From the NCBI RefSeq assembly GCF_003018115.1, contig NZ_CP027457.1: DNA of 64,000 nt; one strand, written 5' to 3'. The stretch's first letter is position 1, and each line of letters opens with the position of its first letter. Positions 1-12,569 of this stretch are shown piece after piece. The translations under genes and the position numbers were made by a program. The notes under the pieces are model-generated. The model was not told the DNA's origin, made no database searches, and saw only the letters and a program-made list of their open reading frames with translations. The stretch is from Escherichia coli. Its GTDB lineage: Bacteria; Pseudomonadota; Gammaproteobacteria; Enterobacterales; Enterobacteriaceae.

Positions 1-1886
1 TGATTCGTTCGCGTCTGGTGCTTGGTAAAACGGTGGACGATCTAGACCTCGATATTGCGGTGAGCAAAAACACGTTCCCGATTTTCGGTGCGGGCTGGGA
101 TCGTTTGATGGGACGTCAGAACGAGACGGTGAAAGTGACCACCTTTAACCGCCCGAAAGAGATGGCGGACCAGGTGTTTACGCTTAATGTGCTGGATGAC
201 AAAAACTACACTCTGAGCAGTGATGGCGGCTTTAGCGCCCGTGGGCAAGCGGGCCAGATGCTGAAAAAAGAAGGCGTCACGCTGATGGTTGAAGCCATTC
301 ACGCCCGCCCGGGCAGTGAGTTTACCGTCACCAAATACTCCACGTTGGGGATGATCAACCAACTGCAAAACAGCCTGACGGTAACGGAGAACGGCAAAGA
401 CGCAGGCGTACTGAGCCTGACTTATACCGGTGAAGATCGCGAACAGATCCGCGACATTCTTAACAGCATCGCCCGTAACTATCAGGAACAAAATATTGAG
501 CGCAAATCGGCGGAAGCGTCGAAAAGCCTCGCTTTCCTCGCGCAACAGTTACCGGAAGTACGTAGCCGCCTCGATGTTGCCGAAAACAAACTGAATGCCT
601 TCCGTCAGGATAAAGATTCTGTTGATCTGCCGCTGGAAGCGAAAGCGGTGCTCGATTCGATGGTGAACATCGACGCGCAGTTGAACGAACTGACCTTTAA
701 AGAGGCGGAAATCTCCAAGCTGTACACCAAAGTTCACCCCGCGTACCGCACGCTGCTGGAGAAACGTCAGGCGCTGGAAGACGAAAAAGCCAAACTTAAT
801 GGTCGCGTAACGGCGATGCCGAAAACCCAGCAGGAAATTGTCCGTCTGACCCGCGATGTCGAGTCTGGTCAGCAGGTCTATATGCAACTGCTGAATAAAG
901 AGCAGGAGCTGAAAATCACCGAAGCCAGCACCGTCGGCGATGTGCGCATTGTTGACCCGGCAATCACCCAGCCAGGTGTACTGAAACCGAAGAAAGGGCT
1001 GATTATCCTTGGGGCGATTATTCTTGGCCTGATGCTCTCTATCGTGGGTGTGCTGCTGCGCTCGTTGTTTAATCGCGGCATCGAAAGCCCGCAGGTGCTG
1101 GAAGAACACGGTATCAGCGTCTATGCCAGCATCCCGTTGTCGGAATGGCAGAAAGCGCGCGATAGCGTCAAAACCATCAAAGGGATTAAACGCTATAAAC
1201 AGAGCCAGCTACTGGCGGTGGGGAATCCAACCGATCTGGCGATTGAAGCCATCCGCAGTCTGCGTACCAGTCTGCACTTCGCGATGATGCAGGCGCAGAA
1301 CAATGTGTTGATGATGACCGGGGTTAGCCCGTCAATCGGTAAAACCTTTGTCTGCGCCAACCTGGCGGCGGTGATCAGCCAGACCAATAAACGCGTGTTG
1401 TTGATCGACTGCGATATGCGCAAAGGCTACACCCACGAGCTGTTGGGCACCAATAACGTCAATGGCCTGTCGGAAATTCTGATTGGTCAGGGCGATATTA
1501 CTACCGCAGCTAAACCGACCTCTATTGCCAAATTTGACCTGATCCCGCGCGGTCAGGTGCCGCCAAATCCTTCTGAACTGTTGATGAGCGAACGCTTTGC
1601 CGAACTGGTGAACTGGGCGAGTAAAAACTATGACCTGGTGTTGATTGATACGCCGCCGATTCTGGCAGTGACCGATGCGGCAATTGTTGGTCGTCATGTC
1701 GGAACCACATTAATGGTGGCGCGTTATGCGGTCAACACATTGAAAGAAGTGGAAACCAGTCTGAGCCGCTTTGAGCAAAACGGTATTCCGGTGAAAGGGG
1801 TGATTCTGAACTCCATCTTCCGCCGCGCCAGCGCGTATCAGGATTATGGCTATTACGAATACGAATATAAGTCGGATGCGAAATAA
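1..1886 (+). CDS. wzc: Colanic acid tyrosine autokinase Wzc, 3' portion (N-terminus lies upstream of the window)
   Basis: ORF 18..1886 is open to the window edge; Walker A-like GVSPSIGKT motif and Tyr-rich C-terminal tail YQDYGYYEYEYKSDAK; followed by the wca genes. Confidence 0.9.
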   Translation, partial: IRSRLVLGKTVDDLDLDIAVSKNTFPIFGAGWDRLMGRQNETVKVTTFNRPKEMADQVFTLNVLDDKNYTLSSDGGFSARGQAGQMLKKEGVTLMVEAIHARPGSEFTVTKYSTLGMINQLQNSLTVTENGKDAGVLSLTYTGEDREQIRDILNSIARNYQEQNIERKSAEASKSLAFLAQQLPEVRSRLDVAENKLNAFRQDKDSVDLPLEAKAVLDSMVNIDAQLNELTFKEAEISKLYTKVHPAYRTLLEKRQALEDEKAKLNGRVTAMPKTQQEIVRLTRDVESGQQVYMQLLNKEQELKITEASTVGDVRIVDPAITQPGVLKPKKGLIILGAIILGLMLSIVGVLLRSLFNRGIESPQVLEEHGISVYASIPLSEWQKARDSVKTIKGIKRYKQSQLLAVGNPTDLAIEAIRSLRTSLHFAMMQAQNNVLMMTGVSPSIGKTFVCANLAAVISQTNKRVLLIDCDMRKGYTHELLGTNNVNGLSEILIGQGDITTAAKPTSIAKFDLIPRGQVPPNPSELLMSERFAELVNWASKNYDLVLIDTPPILAVTDAAIVGRHVGTTLMVARYAVNTLKEVETSLSRFEQNGIPVKGVILNSIFRRASAYQDYGYYEYEYKSDAK

Positions 1887-1889
1887 CGA

Positions 1890-2010
1890 CATCCGCTGTC
1901 GGATGCGATGCTGACGCATCTTATCCGACCTACCTTCACGCCGCATCCGGCAAGCAAACCAGCTCCGTAGGCCGGATAAGGCGCTCACGCCGCATCCGGC
2001 AACAGAACCC
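1890..2010. repeat. REP/BIME-type palindromic repeats in the wzc-wcaA intergenic gap
   Basis: Repeated gccggatg / cgcatccggc palindromic units read directly in the sequence. Confidence 0.6.
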
Positions 2011-2063
2011 GTAAACAAGCTTATAAACCGGCAGAACATCTCGATACTCCGGGAGAACAACCT

Positions 2064-2903
2064 ATGAAAGACAATCCGCTGATCTCAATCTATATGCCGA
2101 CCTGGAACCGCCAACAACTGGCGATTCGGGCGATAAAATCGGTCCTGCGCCAGGACTACAGCAACTGGGAGATGATCATCGTGGATGATTGCTCCACCTC
2201 CTGGGAACAACTGCAACAGTACGTCACCGCCCTCAACGATCCGCGTATTACCTACATTCACAACGACATTAACAGCGGGGCGTGCGCGGTACGTAACCAG
2301 GCGATTATGCTGGCGCAAGGGGAATACATTACCGGGATCGATGACGATGATGAATGGACGCCCAACCGCCTGAGCGTCTTCCTCGCCCATAAACAGCAAC
2401 TGGTCACTCACGCCTTTTTGTACGCTAACGACTACGTATGCCAGGGAGAAGTTTATTCCCAACCGGCAAGCTTACCACTGTATCCCAAATCGCCGTACTC
2501 ACGCCGCCTGTTCTATAAACGCAATATCATTGGCAATCAGGTTTTTACCTGGGCGTGGCGTTTCAAAGAGTGCTTGTTCGATACCGAACTGAAAGCAGCA
2601 CAGGATTACGACATCTTCCTGCGGATGGTGGTGGAGTATGGCGAACCGTGGAAAGTGGAAGAGGCGACGCAGATCCTGCATATCAATCACGGTGAAATGC
2701 AGATCACCTCGTCACCGAAAAAATTCTCCGGGTACTTCCACTTTTACCGCAAGCACAAAGATAAATTTGACCGTGCAAGCAAAAAATATCAGCTGTTTAC
2801 CCTCTACCAGATCCGCAATAAACGTATGACCTGGCGCACTTTGCTGACGCTGCTTTCGGTGCGTAACGGCAAACGTCTGGCTGATGGTATTCGGGGGCGC
2901 TAA
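2064..2903 (+). CDS. wcaA: Colanic acid glycosyltransferase (GT2)
   Basis: 279 aa ORF, position and sequence match WcaA. Confidence 0.85.
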   Translation: MKDNPLISIYMPTWNRQQLAIRAIKSVLRQDYSNWEMIIVDDCSTSWEQLQQYVTALNDPRITYIHNDINSGACAVRNQAIMLAQGEYITGIDDDDEWTPNRLSVFLAHKQQLVTHAFLYANDYVCQGEVYSQPASLPLYPKSPYSRRLFYKRNIIGNQVFTWAWRFKECLFDTELKAAQDYDIFLRMVVEYGEPWKVEEATQILHINHGEMQITSSPKKFSGYFHFYRKHKDKFDRASKKYQLFTLYQIRNKRMTWRTLLTLLSVRNGKRLADGIRGR

Positions 2904-2905
2904 AG

Positions 2906-3394
2906 ATGCTGGAAGATCTGCGCGCCAACAGCTGGAGTTTACGTCCGTGCTGCATGGTTCTAGCCTATCGCGTCGCTCATTTTTGTTCGGTGTGGCGCAA
3001 AAAGAACGTCCTCAACAATCTGTGGGCGGCCCCGCTGCTGGTGCTGTATCGCATTATCACCGAATGCTTTTTCGGTTATGAAATCCAGGCCGCCGCGACC
3101 ATTGGCCGCCGCTTTACTATCCATCACGGTTACGCCGTAGTGATCAATAAAAACGTGGTAGCGGGGGATGATTTCACCATTCGCCACGGCGTCACTATCG
3201 GCAATCGTGGTGCCGATAACATGGCATGTCCACATATTGGCAACGGCGTCGAACTCGGTGCCAACGTTATTATTCTTGGTGATATCACGCTTGGTAACAA
3301 CGTCACCGTGGGTGCGGGCAGCGTGGTGCTCGACTCTGTCCCGGACAACGCGCTGGTGGTGGGAGAAAAAGCGCGAGTGAAGGTAATTAAATGA
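2906..3394 (+). CDS. wcaB: Colanic acid acetyltransferase (hexapeptide repeat)
   Basis: 162 aa ORF with hexapeptide-repeat signature; conserved position. Confidence 0.85.
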   Translation: MLEDLRANSWSLRPCCMVLAYRVAHFCSVWRKKNVLNNLWAAPLLVLYRIITECFFGYEIQAAATIGRRFTIHHGYAVVINKNVVAGDDFTIRHGVTIGNRGADNMACPHIGNGVELGANVIILGDITLGNNVTVGAGSVVLDSVPDNALVVGEKARVKVIK

Positions 3395-4608
3395 ATATTT
3401 TGCAATTTAATGTGCGACTGGCGGAAGGCGGGGCAGCAGGTGTGGCGTTAGATCTCCACCAGCGTGCGCTGCAACAGGGGCTAGCGTCACATTTTGTCTA
3501 CGGTTACGGCAAAGGCGGCAAAGAGAGCGTCAGCCATCAAAACTATCCGCAGGTCATCAAACATACGCCGCGGATGACTGCAATGGCGAATATTGTCCTG
3601 TTTCGTCTGTTTAATCGCGATCTGTTTGGCAATTTCAATGAGTTATATCGCACCATTACTCGCACACCGGGTCCGGTGGTCCTGCATTTTCATGTGCTGC
3701 ACAGCTACTGGCTAAATCTTAAGAGCGTGGTGCGCTTTTGCGAAAAAGTGAAAAACCATAAACCGGACGTCACTCTGGTCTGGACGCTGCACGACCACTG
3801 GAGTGTTACCGGACGCTGCGCCTTTACCGACGGTTGCGAAGGCTGGAAAACAGGCTGCCAGAAATGCCCGACCTTAAATAATTATCCGCCGGTGAAGATT
3901 GATCGGGCGCACCAGCTGGTGGCGGGCAAACGCCAGTTATTCCGTGAGATGCTGGCGCTGGGCTGTCAGTTTATTTCCCCCAGCCAGCATGTGGCTGACG
4001 CTTTCAATAGCCTGTACGGTCCAGGGCGTTGCCGGATTATCAATAACGGTATTGATATGGCAACCGAAGCGATTCTGGCGGATCTGCCTCCGGTGCGCGA
4101 AACCCAGGGTAAGCCGAAAATCGCGGTGGTGGCGCATGACCTGCGTTACGACGGCAAGACTAACCAGCAACTGGTGCGTGAGATGATGGCGCTGGGCGAC
4201 AAAATCGAACTGCATACCTTTGGTAAGTTCTCGCCGTTCACCGCTGGTAACGTGGTTAATCACGGCTTTGAAACCGACAAACGTAAGCTGATGAGCGCGC
4301 TCAATCAGATGGATGCGCTGGTATTCAGTTCTCGCGTCGATAACTACCCGCTGATTTTGTGTGAGGCGCTATCGATTGGCGTGCCGGTGATTGCCACCCA
4401 TAGCGACGCGGCGCGGGAAGTGCTGCAAAAATCCGGCGGTAAAACCGTCAGCGAAGAAGACGTGCTGCAACTGGTGCAGTTAAGCAAACCGGAAATCGCG
4501 CAGGCGATATTTGGTACCACGTTGGCCGGGTTCAGCCAACGTAGCCGCGCCGCCTACAGTGGACAACAGATGCTGGAGGAGTATGTCAACTTCTATCAGA
4601 ATCTGTAG
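3391..4608 (+). CDS. wcaC: Colanic acid glycosyltransferase
   Basis: 405 aa ORF; start overlaps wcaB stop. Confidence 0.85.
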   Translation: MNILQFNVRLAEGGAAGVALDLHQRALQQGLASHFVYGYGKGGKESVSHQNYPQVIKHTPRMTAMANIVLFRLFNRDLFGNFNELYRTITRTPGPVVLHFHVLHSYWLNLKSVVRFCEKVKNHKPDVTLVWTLHDHWSVTGRCAFTDGCEGWKTGCQKCPTLNNYPPVKIDRAHQLVAGKRQLFREMLALGCQFISPSQHVADAFNSLYGPGRCRIINNGIDMATEAILADLPPVRETQGKPKIAVVAHDLRYDGKTNQQLVREMMALGDKIELHTFGKFSPFTAGNVVNHGFETDKRKLMSALNQMDALVFSSRVDNYPLILCEALSIGVPVIATHSDAAREVLQKSGGKTVSEEDVLQLVQLSKPEIAQAIFGTTLAGFSQRSRAAYSGQQMLEEYVNFYQNL

Positions 4609-5800
4609 CTACCTGCTGCTGCCGCTGATCTACCTGCTGGTTAACGTCAAAATCGCCCAGCTTGGTGAAAGTTTCCCCATCACTATCGTCACTTTTTTAC
4701 CTGTCTTGTTACTGCTGTTTTTAGAACGCATCAGCGTTAAAAAATTGATGATTGCCTTAGGGGTTGGCGCGGGGCTCACGGCGTTCAACTATCTGTTTGG
4801 TCAGTCGTTGGATGCCAGTAAATACGTCACTTCAACCATGCTGTTTGTCTATATTGTGATCATTATTGGCATGGTGTGGAGTATTCGCTTTAAAACGATT
4901 TCGCCACACAACCATCGCAAGATATTACGTTTCTTTTATCTGGTGGTCGGGCTGGTGGTGGCGCTGGCGGCGGTGGAGATGGCGCAAATTATCCTCACCG
5001 GTGGCAGCAGTATTATGGAGTCGATTTCGAAATATCTGATTTATAGCAACAGCTATGTACTGAATTTCATTAAATTCGGCGGCAAGCGCACGACAGCACT
5101 TTATTTCGAACCGGCATTTTTCGCTCTGGCATTAATCTCAATTTGGCTCAGCATCAAACAGTTTGGTATCAAAACGCCTAAAACAGATGCTATGATTCTC
5201 GCAGGGATAATATTATCCGGATCGTTTTCAGGGGTTATGACCTTTATCCTGTTTTATTTGCTGGAGTGGGCATTCCAATATCTGAATAAAGAGGCGATTA
5301 AGAAAAAGTTACCGTTAGCATTGATTTCTCTGGCTGTATTCCTGGTTGGTGTGGTAATCGCGTTTCCTTATATTTCCACCCGTCTGGGCGATTTAGGTAC
5401 GGAAGGATCGTCATCGTATTATCGTATTGTCGGTCCGCTGGTGATGGTCGGTTATTCTTTGACCCATATTGACGGTGTAGTCAGATTTGGCTCACTTTAT
5501 GAATATGTCGCATCATTCGGAATATTTAACGGTGCGGATGTCGGAAAAACCATAGACAATGGTTTGTATCTGCTGATTATTTATTTTTCCTGGTTCGCGG
5601 TGTTTTTATCGCTGTGGTACATGGGGAAAGTGATAAAAATGATGATCAACGCTTTTGGTGATAACCGCAATTTTCGCGTGCAATTATATCTTTTTACTCC
5701 GGTTTCGCTGTTTTTTACCGGTTCGATATTTAGCCCGGAATATGCATTTTTAATCGTCTGTCCGTTTATTTTGCGAAAAGCGTTAAATATTACGAGGTAA
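4583..5800 (+). CDS. wcaD: Colanic acid polymerase, polytopic membrane protein
   Basis: ORF 4511..5800 trimmed to the internal Met ([12 protein letters not shown]) giving 405 aa; hydrophobic throughout. Confidence 0.8.
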   Translation: MSTSIRICSYLLLPLIYLLVNVKIAQLGESFPITIVTFLPVLLLLFLERISVKKLMIALGVGAGLTAFNYLFGQSLDASKYVTSTMLFVYIVIIIGMVWSIRFKTISPHNHRKILRFFYLVVGLVVALAAVEMAQIILTGGSSIMESISKYLIYSNSYVLNFIKFGGKRTTALYFEPAFFALALISIWLSIKQFGIKTPKTDAMILAGIILSGSFSGVMTFILFYLLEWAFQYLNKEAIKKKLPLALISLAVFLVGVVIAFPYISTRLGDLGTEGSSSYYRIVGPLVMVGYSLTHIDGVVRFGSLYEYVASFGIFNGADVGKTIDNGLYLLIIYFSWFAVFLSLWYMGKVIKMMINAFGDNRNFRVQLYLFTPVSLFFTGSIFSPEYAFLIVCPFILRKALNITR

Positions 5801-5810
5801 GAATAAGAAC

Positions 5811-6557
5811 ATGTTGCTTAGCATAATCACTGTCGCGTTTCGTAACCTCGAAGGGATAGTCAAAACACATGCCTCGCTGGCGCATCTGGCGCAGGCGGAC
5901 GATATCAGCTTCGAATGGATTGTTGTCGATGGCGGTTCCAACGACGGTACCCGTGAGTATCTGGAGAATCTCAATAGTATCTATAACCTACGCTTTGTCA
6001 GCGAGCCAGATAACGGTATCTACGACGCCATGAACAAGGGCATTGCGATGGCACAAGGCAAGTTCGCGTTGTTTCTCAACTCGGGCGATATTTTTCATCA
6101 GGATGCCGCAAATTTTGTTCGTAAGTTAAAAATGCAAAAAGATAACGTGATGATCACCGGCGATGCGCTGCTGGATTTTGGCGACGGGCATAAAATTAAG
6201 CGTAGTGCTAAACCGGGTTGGTATATTTATCACAGCCTGCCCGCCAGCCATCAGGCGATATTTTTCCCGGTATCCGGTTTGAAAAAATGGCGTTATGACC
6301 TGGAATATAAAGTTTCTTCTGATTACGCGCTGGCAGCTAAAATGTATAAAGCAGGTTATGCATTTAAAAAACTCAATGGCCTGGTGTCTGAATTTTCCAT
6401 GGGTGGGGTATCAACCACCAATAATATGGAATTGTGTGCTGACGCCAAAAAAGTCCAACGGCAGATATTACATGTGCCTGGCTTCTGGGCAGAATTATCC
6501 TGGCATTTACGCCAACGTACTACCTCAAAGACGAAAGCCTTATATAACAAAAGCTGA
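5811..6557 (+). CDS. wcaE: Colanic acid glycosyltransferase (GT2)
   Basis: 248 aa ORF; conserved position. Confidence 0.85.
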   Translation: MLLSIITVAFRNLEGIVKTHASLAHLAQADDISFEWIVVDGGSNDGTREYLENLNSIYNLRFVSEPDNGIYDAMNKGIAMAQGKFALFLNSGDIFHQDAANFVRKLKMQKDNVMITGDALLDFGDGHKIKRSAKPGWYIYHSLPASHQAIFFPVSGLKKWRYDLEYKVSSDYALAAKMYKAGYAFKKLNGLVSEFSMGGVSTTNNMELCADAKKVQRQILHVPGFWAELSWHLRQRTTSKTKALYNKS

Positions 6558-6572
6558 ATATAAGGGAAAACG

Positions 6573-7121
6573 ATGCAGGATTTAAGCGGTTTCTCGGTGC
6601 CGAAAGGGTTCCGGGGCGGCAACGCTATTAAAGTGCAATTATGGTGGGCAGTACAGGCAACAATATTTGCCTGGTCGCCACAAGTATTGTATCGCTGGCG
6701 GGCTTTTTTATTACGTTTATTCGGAGCAAAAATAGGAAAAAACGTAGTTATTCGTCCGTCAGTAAAAATTACCTATCCGTGGAAATTAACCTTAGGTGAT
6801 TACGCGTGGGTCGGCGATGACGTCAATTTATATACCCTCGGTGAAATAACCATTGGCGCACATTCGGTGATATCGCAAAAAAGTTATTTATGCACCGGTA
6901 GCCACGACCATGCAAGTCAACATTTCACCATTAACGCCACGCCTATTGTGATTGGCGAGAAATGCTGGCTGGCAACCGATGTCTTTGTTGCCCCAGGCGT
7001 CACAATCGGCGACGGCACTGTCGTGGGTGCACGAAGCAGTGTTTTTAAATCGCTTCCGGCAAATGTGGTTTGCCGGGGGAATCCCGCAGTGGTGATACGC
7101 GAACGCGTTGAAACTGAATAA
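6573..7121 (+). CDS. wcaF: Colanic acid acetyltransferase (hexapeptide repeat)
   Basis: 182 aa ORF; conserved position. Confidence 0.85.
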   Translation: MQDLSGFSVPKGFRGGNAIKVQLWWAVQATIFAWSPQVLYRWRAFLLRLFGAKIGKNVVIRPSVKITYPWKLTLGDYAWVGDDVNLYTLGEITIGAHSVISQKSYLCTGSHDHASQHFTINATPIVIGEKCWLATDVFVAPGVTIGDGTVVGARSSVFKSLPANVVCRGNPAVVIRERVETE

Positions 7122-7146
7122 ATTCAAAAATACAGAGGAATAAGAC

Positions 7147-8268
7147 ATGTCAAAAGTCGCTCTCATCACCGGTGTAACCGGACAAGACGGTTCTTACCTG
7201 GCAGAGTTTCTGCTGGAAAAAGGTTACGAGGTGCATGGTATTAAGCGTCGCGCATCGTCATTCAACACCGAGCGCGTGGATCACATTTATCAGGATCCGC
7301 ACACCTGCAACCCGAAATTCCATCTGCATTATGGCGACCTGAGTGATACCTCTAACCTGACGCGCATTTTGCGTGAAGTACAGCCGGATGAAGTGTACAA
7401 CCTGGGGGCAATGAGCCACGTTGCGGTCTCTTTTGAGTCACCAGAATATACCGCTGACGTCGACGCGATGGGTACGCTGCGCCTGCTGGAGGCGATCCGC
7501 TTCCTCGGTCTGGAAAAGAAAACCCGTTTTTATCAGGCTTCCACCTCTGAACTGTACGGTCTGGTGCAGGAAATTCCGCAGAAAGAAACCACGCCGTTCT
7601 ACCCGCGATCTCCGTATGCGGTCGCCAAACTGTACGCCTACTGGATCACCGTTAACTACCGCGAATCCTACGGCATGTACGCCTGTAACGGTATTCTCTT
7701 CAACCATGAATCCCCGCGCCGCGGTGAAACCTTCGTTACCCGCAAAATCACCCGCGCAATCGCCAATATCGCCCAGGGGCTGGAGTCGTGCCTGTACCTC
7801 GGCAATATGGATTCCCTGCGTGACTGGGGCCATGCCAAAGACTACGTAAAAATGCAGTGGATGATGCTGCAACAGGAACAGCCGGAAGATTTCGTTATTG
7901 CTACCGGCGTTCAGTACTCCGTACGTCAGTTCGTGGAAATGGCGGCAGCACAGTTGGGCATCAAACTGCGCTTTGAAGGCACGGGTGTTGAAGAGAAGGG
8001 CATTGTGGTTTCCGTCACCGGGCATGACGCGCCGGGCGTTAAACCGGGTGATGTGATTATCGCCGTTGATCCGCGTTACTTCCGTCCGGCAGAAGTTGAA
8101 ACGCTGCTCGGCGACCCGACCAAAGCGCACGAAAAACTGGGCTGGAAACCGGAAATCACCCTCAGAGAGATGGTGTCTGAAATGGTGGCTAATGACCTCG
8201 AAGCGGCGAAAAAACACTCTCTGCTGAAATCTCACGGCTACGACGTGGCGATCGCGCTGGAGTCATAA
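7147..8268 (+). CDS. gmd: GDP-mannose 4,6-dehydratase
   Basis: 373 aa; N-terminal [23 protein letters not shown]ossmann motif. Confidence 0.95.
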
Positions 8269-8270
8269 GC

Positions 8271-9236
8271 ATGAGTAAACAACGCATTTTTATCGCTGGC
8301 CATCGTGGGATGGTCGGTTCTGCCATCAAGCGGCAGCTCGAACAGCGCGGTGATGTGGATCTGGTATTACGTACCCGCGACGAGCTGAACCTGCTGGACA
8401 GCCGCGCCGTGCATGATTTCTTTGCCAGCGAACGCATTGACCAGGTCTATCTGGCGGCGGCGAAAGTGGGCGGCATTGTTGCCAACAACACCTATCCGGC
8501 GGATTTCATCTACCAGAACATGATGATTGAGAGCAACATCATTCACGCCGCGCATCAGAACGACGTGAACAAACTGCTGTTTCTCGGATCGTCCTGCATC
8601 TACCCGAAACTGGCAAAACAGCCGATGGCAGAAAGCGAGTTATTGCAGGGCACGCTGGAGCCGACCAACGAGCCTTACGCCATTGCCAAAATCGCCGGGA
8701 TCAAACTGTGCGAATCTTACAATCGCCAGTACGGACGAGATTACCGCTCGGTCATGCCGACCAACCTGTATGGCCCGCATGACAACTTCCACCCGAGTAA
8801 TTCGCATGTGATCCCAGCATTGCTGCGTCGCTTCCACGAGGCGACGGCACAGAATGCGCCGGACGTGGTGGTGTGGGGCAGCGGTACACCGATGCGTGAA
8901 TTCCTGCACGTCGATGATATGGCGGCGGCGAGCATTCATGTGATGGAGCTGGCGCACGAAGTCTGGCTGGAAAACACCCAGCCGATGCTGTCGCACATTA
9001 ACGTCGGCACGGGCGTTGACTGCACTATCCGCGAGCTGGCGCAAACCATCGCCAAAGTGGTGGGTTACAAAGGTCGGGTGGTTTTTGATGCCAGTAAACC
9101 GGATGGTACGCCGCGCAAACTGCTTGATGTGACGCGCCTGCATCAGCTTGGCTGGTATCACGAAATCTCACTGGAAGCGGGGCTTGCCAGCACTTACCAG
9201 TGGTTCCTTGAGAATCAAGACCGCTTTCGGGGGTAA
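8271..9236 (+). CDS. fcl: GDP-L-fucose synthase
   Basis: 321 aa; [20 protein letters not shown]-terminus; follows gmd. Confidence 0.95.
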   Translation: MSKQRIFIAGHRGMVGSAIKRQLEQRGDVDLVLRTRDELNLLDSRAVHDFFASERIDQVYLAAAKVGGIVANNTYPADFIYQNMMIESNIIHAAHQNDVNKLLFLGSSCIYPKLAKQPMAESELLQGTLEPTNEPYAIAKIAGIKLCESYNRQYGRDYRSVMPTNLYGPHDNFHPSNSHVIPALLRRFHEATAQNAPDVVVWGSGTPMREFLHVDDMAAASIHVMELAHEVWLENTQPMLSHINVGTGVDCTIRELAQTIAKVVGYKGRVVFDASKPDGTPRKLLDVTRLHQLGWYHEISLEAGLASTYQWFLENQDRFRG

Positions 9237-9718
9237 TGATGTTTTTACGTCAGGAAGACTTTGCCACGGTAGTGCGCTCCACACCGCTTGTCTCTCTCGA
9301 CTTTATTGTCGAGAACAGTCGCGGCGAGTTTCTGCTTGGCAAAAGAACCAACCGCCCGGCGCAGGGTTACTGGTTTGTGCCGGGAGGGCGCGTGCAGAAA
9401 GACGAAACGCTGGAAGCCGCATTCGAGCGGCTGACGATGGCGGAACTGGGGCTGCGTCTGCCGATAACAGCAGGCCAGTTTTACGGTGTCTGGCAGCACT
9501 TTTATGACGATAACTTCTCCGGCACGGATTTCACCACTCACTATGTGGTGCTCGGTTTTCGCTTCAGAGTCGCTGAAGAAGATCTGATACTGCCGGATGA
9601 GCAGCATGACGATTACCGCTGGCTGACGCCGGACGCGCTGCTCGCCAGTAACGATGTTCACGCTAACAGCCGCGCCTATTTTCTCGCTGAGAAGCGTGCC
9701 GGAGTACCCGGATTATGA
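9236..9718 (+). CDS. gmm: GDP-mannose mannosyl hydrolase (Nudix)
   Basis: about 160 aa; start overlaps fcl stop. Confidence 0.9.
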   Translation: MMFLRQEDFATVVRSTPLVSLDFIVENSRGEFLLGKRTNRPAQGYWFVPGGRVQKDETLEAAFERLTMAELGLRLPITAGQFYGVWQHFYDDNFSGTDFTTHYVVLGFRFRVAEEDLILPDEQHDDYRWLTPDALLASNDVHANSRAYFLAEKRAGVPGL

Positions 9719-10938
9719 AAATACTGGTCTACGGCATTAACTACTCGCCGGAGTTAACCGGTATCGGCAAATACACCGGCGAGATGGTGGAATGGCTGGC
9801 GGCACAAGGTCATGAGGTGCGGGTTATTACCGCACCGCCTTACTACCCGCAGTGGCAGGTGGGTGAGAACTATTCCGCCTGGCGCTACAAACGAGAAGAG
9901 GGGGCCGCCACGGTGTGGCGCTGCCCGCTGTATGTGCCAAAACAGCCGAGCACCCTGAAACGCCTGTTGCATCTCGGCAGTTTTGCCGTCAGCAGTTTCT
10001 TTCCACTGATGGCGCAACGTCGCTGGAAGCCGGATCGCATTATCGGCGTAGTGCCAACGCTGTTTTGCACGCCGGGAATGCGCCTGCTGGCGAAGCTCTC
10101 TGGTGCGCGTACCGTGCTGCATATTCAGGATTACGAAGTGGACGCCATGCTGGGGCTGGGCCTTGCCGGAAAAGGCAAAGGCGGCAAAGTGGCACAGCTG
10201 GCAACGGCGTTCGAACGTAGCGGACTGCATAACGTCGATAACGTTTCCACGATTTCGCGTTCGATGATGAATAAAGCCATCGAAAAAGGCGTGGCGGCGG
10301 ATAACGTCATCTTCTTCCCCAACTGGTCGGAAATTGCCCGTTTTCAACATGTTGCAGACGCCGATGTTGATGCCCTTCGTAACCAGCTTGGCCTGCCGGA
10401 TAACAAAAAAATCATTCTTTACTCCGGCAATATTGGTGAAAAGCAGGGGCTGGAAAACGTTATTGAAGCTGCCGATCGTCTGCGCGATGAACCGCTGATT
10501 TTTGCCATTGTCGGGCAGGGCGGCGGCAAAGCGCGGCTGGAAAAAATGGCGCAGCAGCGTGGACTGCGCAACATGCAATTTTTCCCGCTGCAATCGTATG
10601 ACGCTTTACCCGCACTGCTGAAGATGGGCGATTGCCATCTGGTGGTGCAAAAACGCGGCGCGGCAGATGCCGTATTGCCGTCGAAACTGACCAATATTCT
10701 GGCGGTAGGCGGTAACGCGGTGATTACCGCAGAGGCCCACACAGAACTGGGGCAGCTTTGCGAAACCTTTCCGGGCATTGCGGTTTGCGTAGAACCGGAA
10801 TCGGTCGAGGCGCTGGTGGCGGGGATCCGTCAGGCGCTCCTGCTGCCCAAACACAACACGGTGGCACGTGAATATGCCGAACGCACACTCGATAAAGAGA
10901 ACGTGTTACGTCAATTTATAAATGATATTCGGGGATAA
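9715..10938 (+). CDS. wcaI: Colanic acid glycosyltransferase (GT4)
   Basis: 407 aa ORF; conserved position. Confidence 0.85.
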   Translation: MKILVYGINYSPELTGIGKYTGEMVEWLAAQGHEVRVITAPPYYPQWQVGENYSAWRYKREEGAATVWRCPLYVPKQPSTLKRLLHLGSFAVSSFFPLMAQRRWKPDRIIGVVPTLFCTPGMRLLAKLSGARTVLHIQDYEVDAMLGLGLAGKGKGGKVAQLATAFERSGLHNVDNVSTISRSMMNKAIEKGVAADNVIFFPNWSEIARFQHVADADVDALRNQLGLPDNKKIILYSGNIGEKQGLENVIEAADRLRDEPLIFAIVGQGGGKARLEKMAQQRGLRNMQFFPLQSYDALPALLKMGDCHLVVQKRGAADAVLPSKLTNILAVGGNAVITAEAHTELGQLCETFPGIAVCVEPESVEALVAGIRQALLLPKHNTVAREYAERTLDKENVLRQFINDIRG

Positions 10939-10940
10939 TT

Positions 10941-12377
10941 ATGGCGCAGTCGAAACTCTATCCAGTTGTGATGGCAGGTGGCTCCGGTAGCCGCTTATGG
11001 CCGCTTTCCCGCGTACTTTACCCCAAGCAGTTTTTATGCCTGAAAGGCGATCTCACCATGCTGCAAACCACCATCTGCCGCCTGAACGGCGTGGAGTGCG
11101 AAAGCCCGGTGGTGATTTGCAATGAGCAGCACCGCTTTATTGTCGCGGAACAGCTGCGTCAACTGAACAAACTCACCGAGAACATTATTCTCGAACCGGC
11201 AGGGCGTAACACTGCACCTGCCATTGCACTGGCGGCGCTGGCGGCAAAACGTCATAGCCCGGAGAGCGACCCGTTAATGCTGGTATTGGCGGCGGATCAT
11301 GTGATTGCCGATGAAGACGCGTTCCGTGCCGCCGTGCGTAATGCCATGCCATATGCCGAAGCGGGCAAGCTGGTGACCTTCGGCATTGTGCCGGATCTAC
11401 CAGAAACCGGTTATGGCTATATTCGTCGCGGTGAAGTGTCTGCGGGTGAGCAGGATACGGTGGCCTTTGAAGTGGCGCAGTTTGTCGAAAAACCGAATCT
11501 GGAAACCGCCCAGGCCTATGTGGCAAGCGGCGAATATTACTGGAACAGCGGTATGTTCCTGTTCCGCGCCGGACGCTATCTCGAAGAACTGAAAAAATAT
11601 CGCCCGGATATTCTCGATGCCTGTGAAAAAGCGATGAGCGCCGTCGATCCGGATCTTGATTTTATTCGTGTGGATGAAGAAGCGTTTCTCGCCTGCCCGG
11701 AAGAGTCGGTGGATTACGCGGTCATGGAACGTACGGCAGATGCTGTTGTGGTGCCGATGGATGCGGGCTGGAGCGATGTTGGTTCCTGGTCTTCATTATG
11801 GGAGATCAGCGCCCACACCGCCGAGGGCAACGTTTGCCACGGCGATGTGATTAATCACAAAACTGAAAACAGCTATGTGTACGCCGAATCTGGCCTGGTC
11901 ACCACCGTCGGGGTGAAAGATCTGGTAGTGGTGCAGACCAAAGATGCGGTGCTGATTGCCGACCGTAACGCGGTGCAGGATGTGAAAAAAGTGGTCGAGC
12001 AGATCAAAGCCGATGGTCGCCATGAGCATCGGGTGCATCGCGAAGTGTATCGTCCGTGGGGCAAATATGACTCTATCGACGCGGGCGACCGCTACCAGGT
12101 GAAACGCATCACCGTGAAACCGGGCGAGGGCTTGTCGGTACAGATGCACCATCACCGCGCGGAACACTGGGTAGTGGTCGCGGGAACGGCAAAAGTCACC
12201 ATTGATGGTGATATCAAACTGCTTGGTGAAAACGAGTCCATTTATATTCCGCTGGGGGCGACGCACTGCCTGGAAAATCCGGGGAAAATTCCGCTCGATT
12301 TAATTGAAGTGCGCTCCGGCTCTTATCTCGAAGAGGATGATGTGGTGCGCTTCGCGGATCGCTACGGACGGGTGTAA
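10941..12377 (+). CDS. cpsB: Mannose-1-phosphate guanylyltransferase
   Basis: 478 aa; N-terminal nucleotidyltransferase motif [16 protein letters not shown]. Confidence 0.95.
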   Translation: MAQSKLYPVVMAGGSGSRLWPLSRVLYPKQFLCLKGDLTMLQTTICRLNGVECESPVVICNEQHRFIVAEQLRQLNKLTENIILEPAGRNTAPAIALAALAAKRHSPESDPLMLVLAADHVIADEDAFRAAVRNAMPYAEAGKLVTFGIVPDLPETGYGYIRRGEVSAGEQDTVAFEVAQFVEKPNLETAQAYVASGEYYWNSGMFLFRAGRYLEELKKYRPDILDACEKAMSAVDPDLDFIRVDEEAFLACPEESVDYAVMERTADAVVVPMDAGWSDVGSWSSLWEISAHTAEGNVCHGDVINHKTENSYVYAESGLVTTVGVKDLVVVQTKDAVLIADRNAVQDVKKVVEQIKADGRHEHRVHREVYRPWGKYDSIDAGDRYQVKRITVKPGEGLSVQMHHHRAEHWVVVAGTAKVTIDGDIKLLGENESIYIPLGATHCLENPGKIPLDLIEVRSGSYLEEDDVVRFADRYGRV

Positions 12378-12485
<108 letters not shown>

Positions 12486-12569
12486 TGCGAAACCGAGATG
12501 TAAATAACGACAAAAACAAAATTGGCCGTTTCGGTCAGGGCCAACTATTGCCTGAAAAAGGGTAACGAC

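Noticed and set aside
549-1109. 186 aa minus-strand ORF inside wzc
   Set aside because: Antisense shadow ORF within the conserved wzc coding region.
7438-8235. 265 aa minus-strand ORF entirely inside gmd
   Set aside because: Antisense to a highly conserved gene; no independent start or RBS context; typical shadow ORF.
9754-10593. 279 aa minus-strand ORF inside wcaI
   Set aside because: Antisense shadow ORF within a conserved glycosyltransferase gene.
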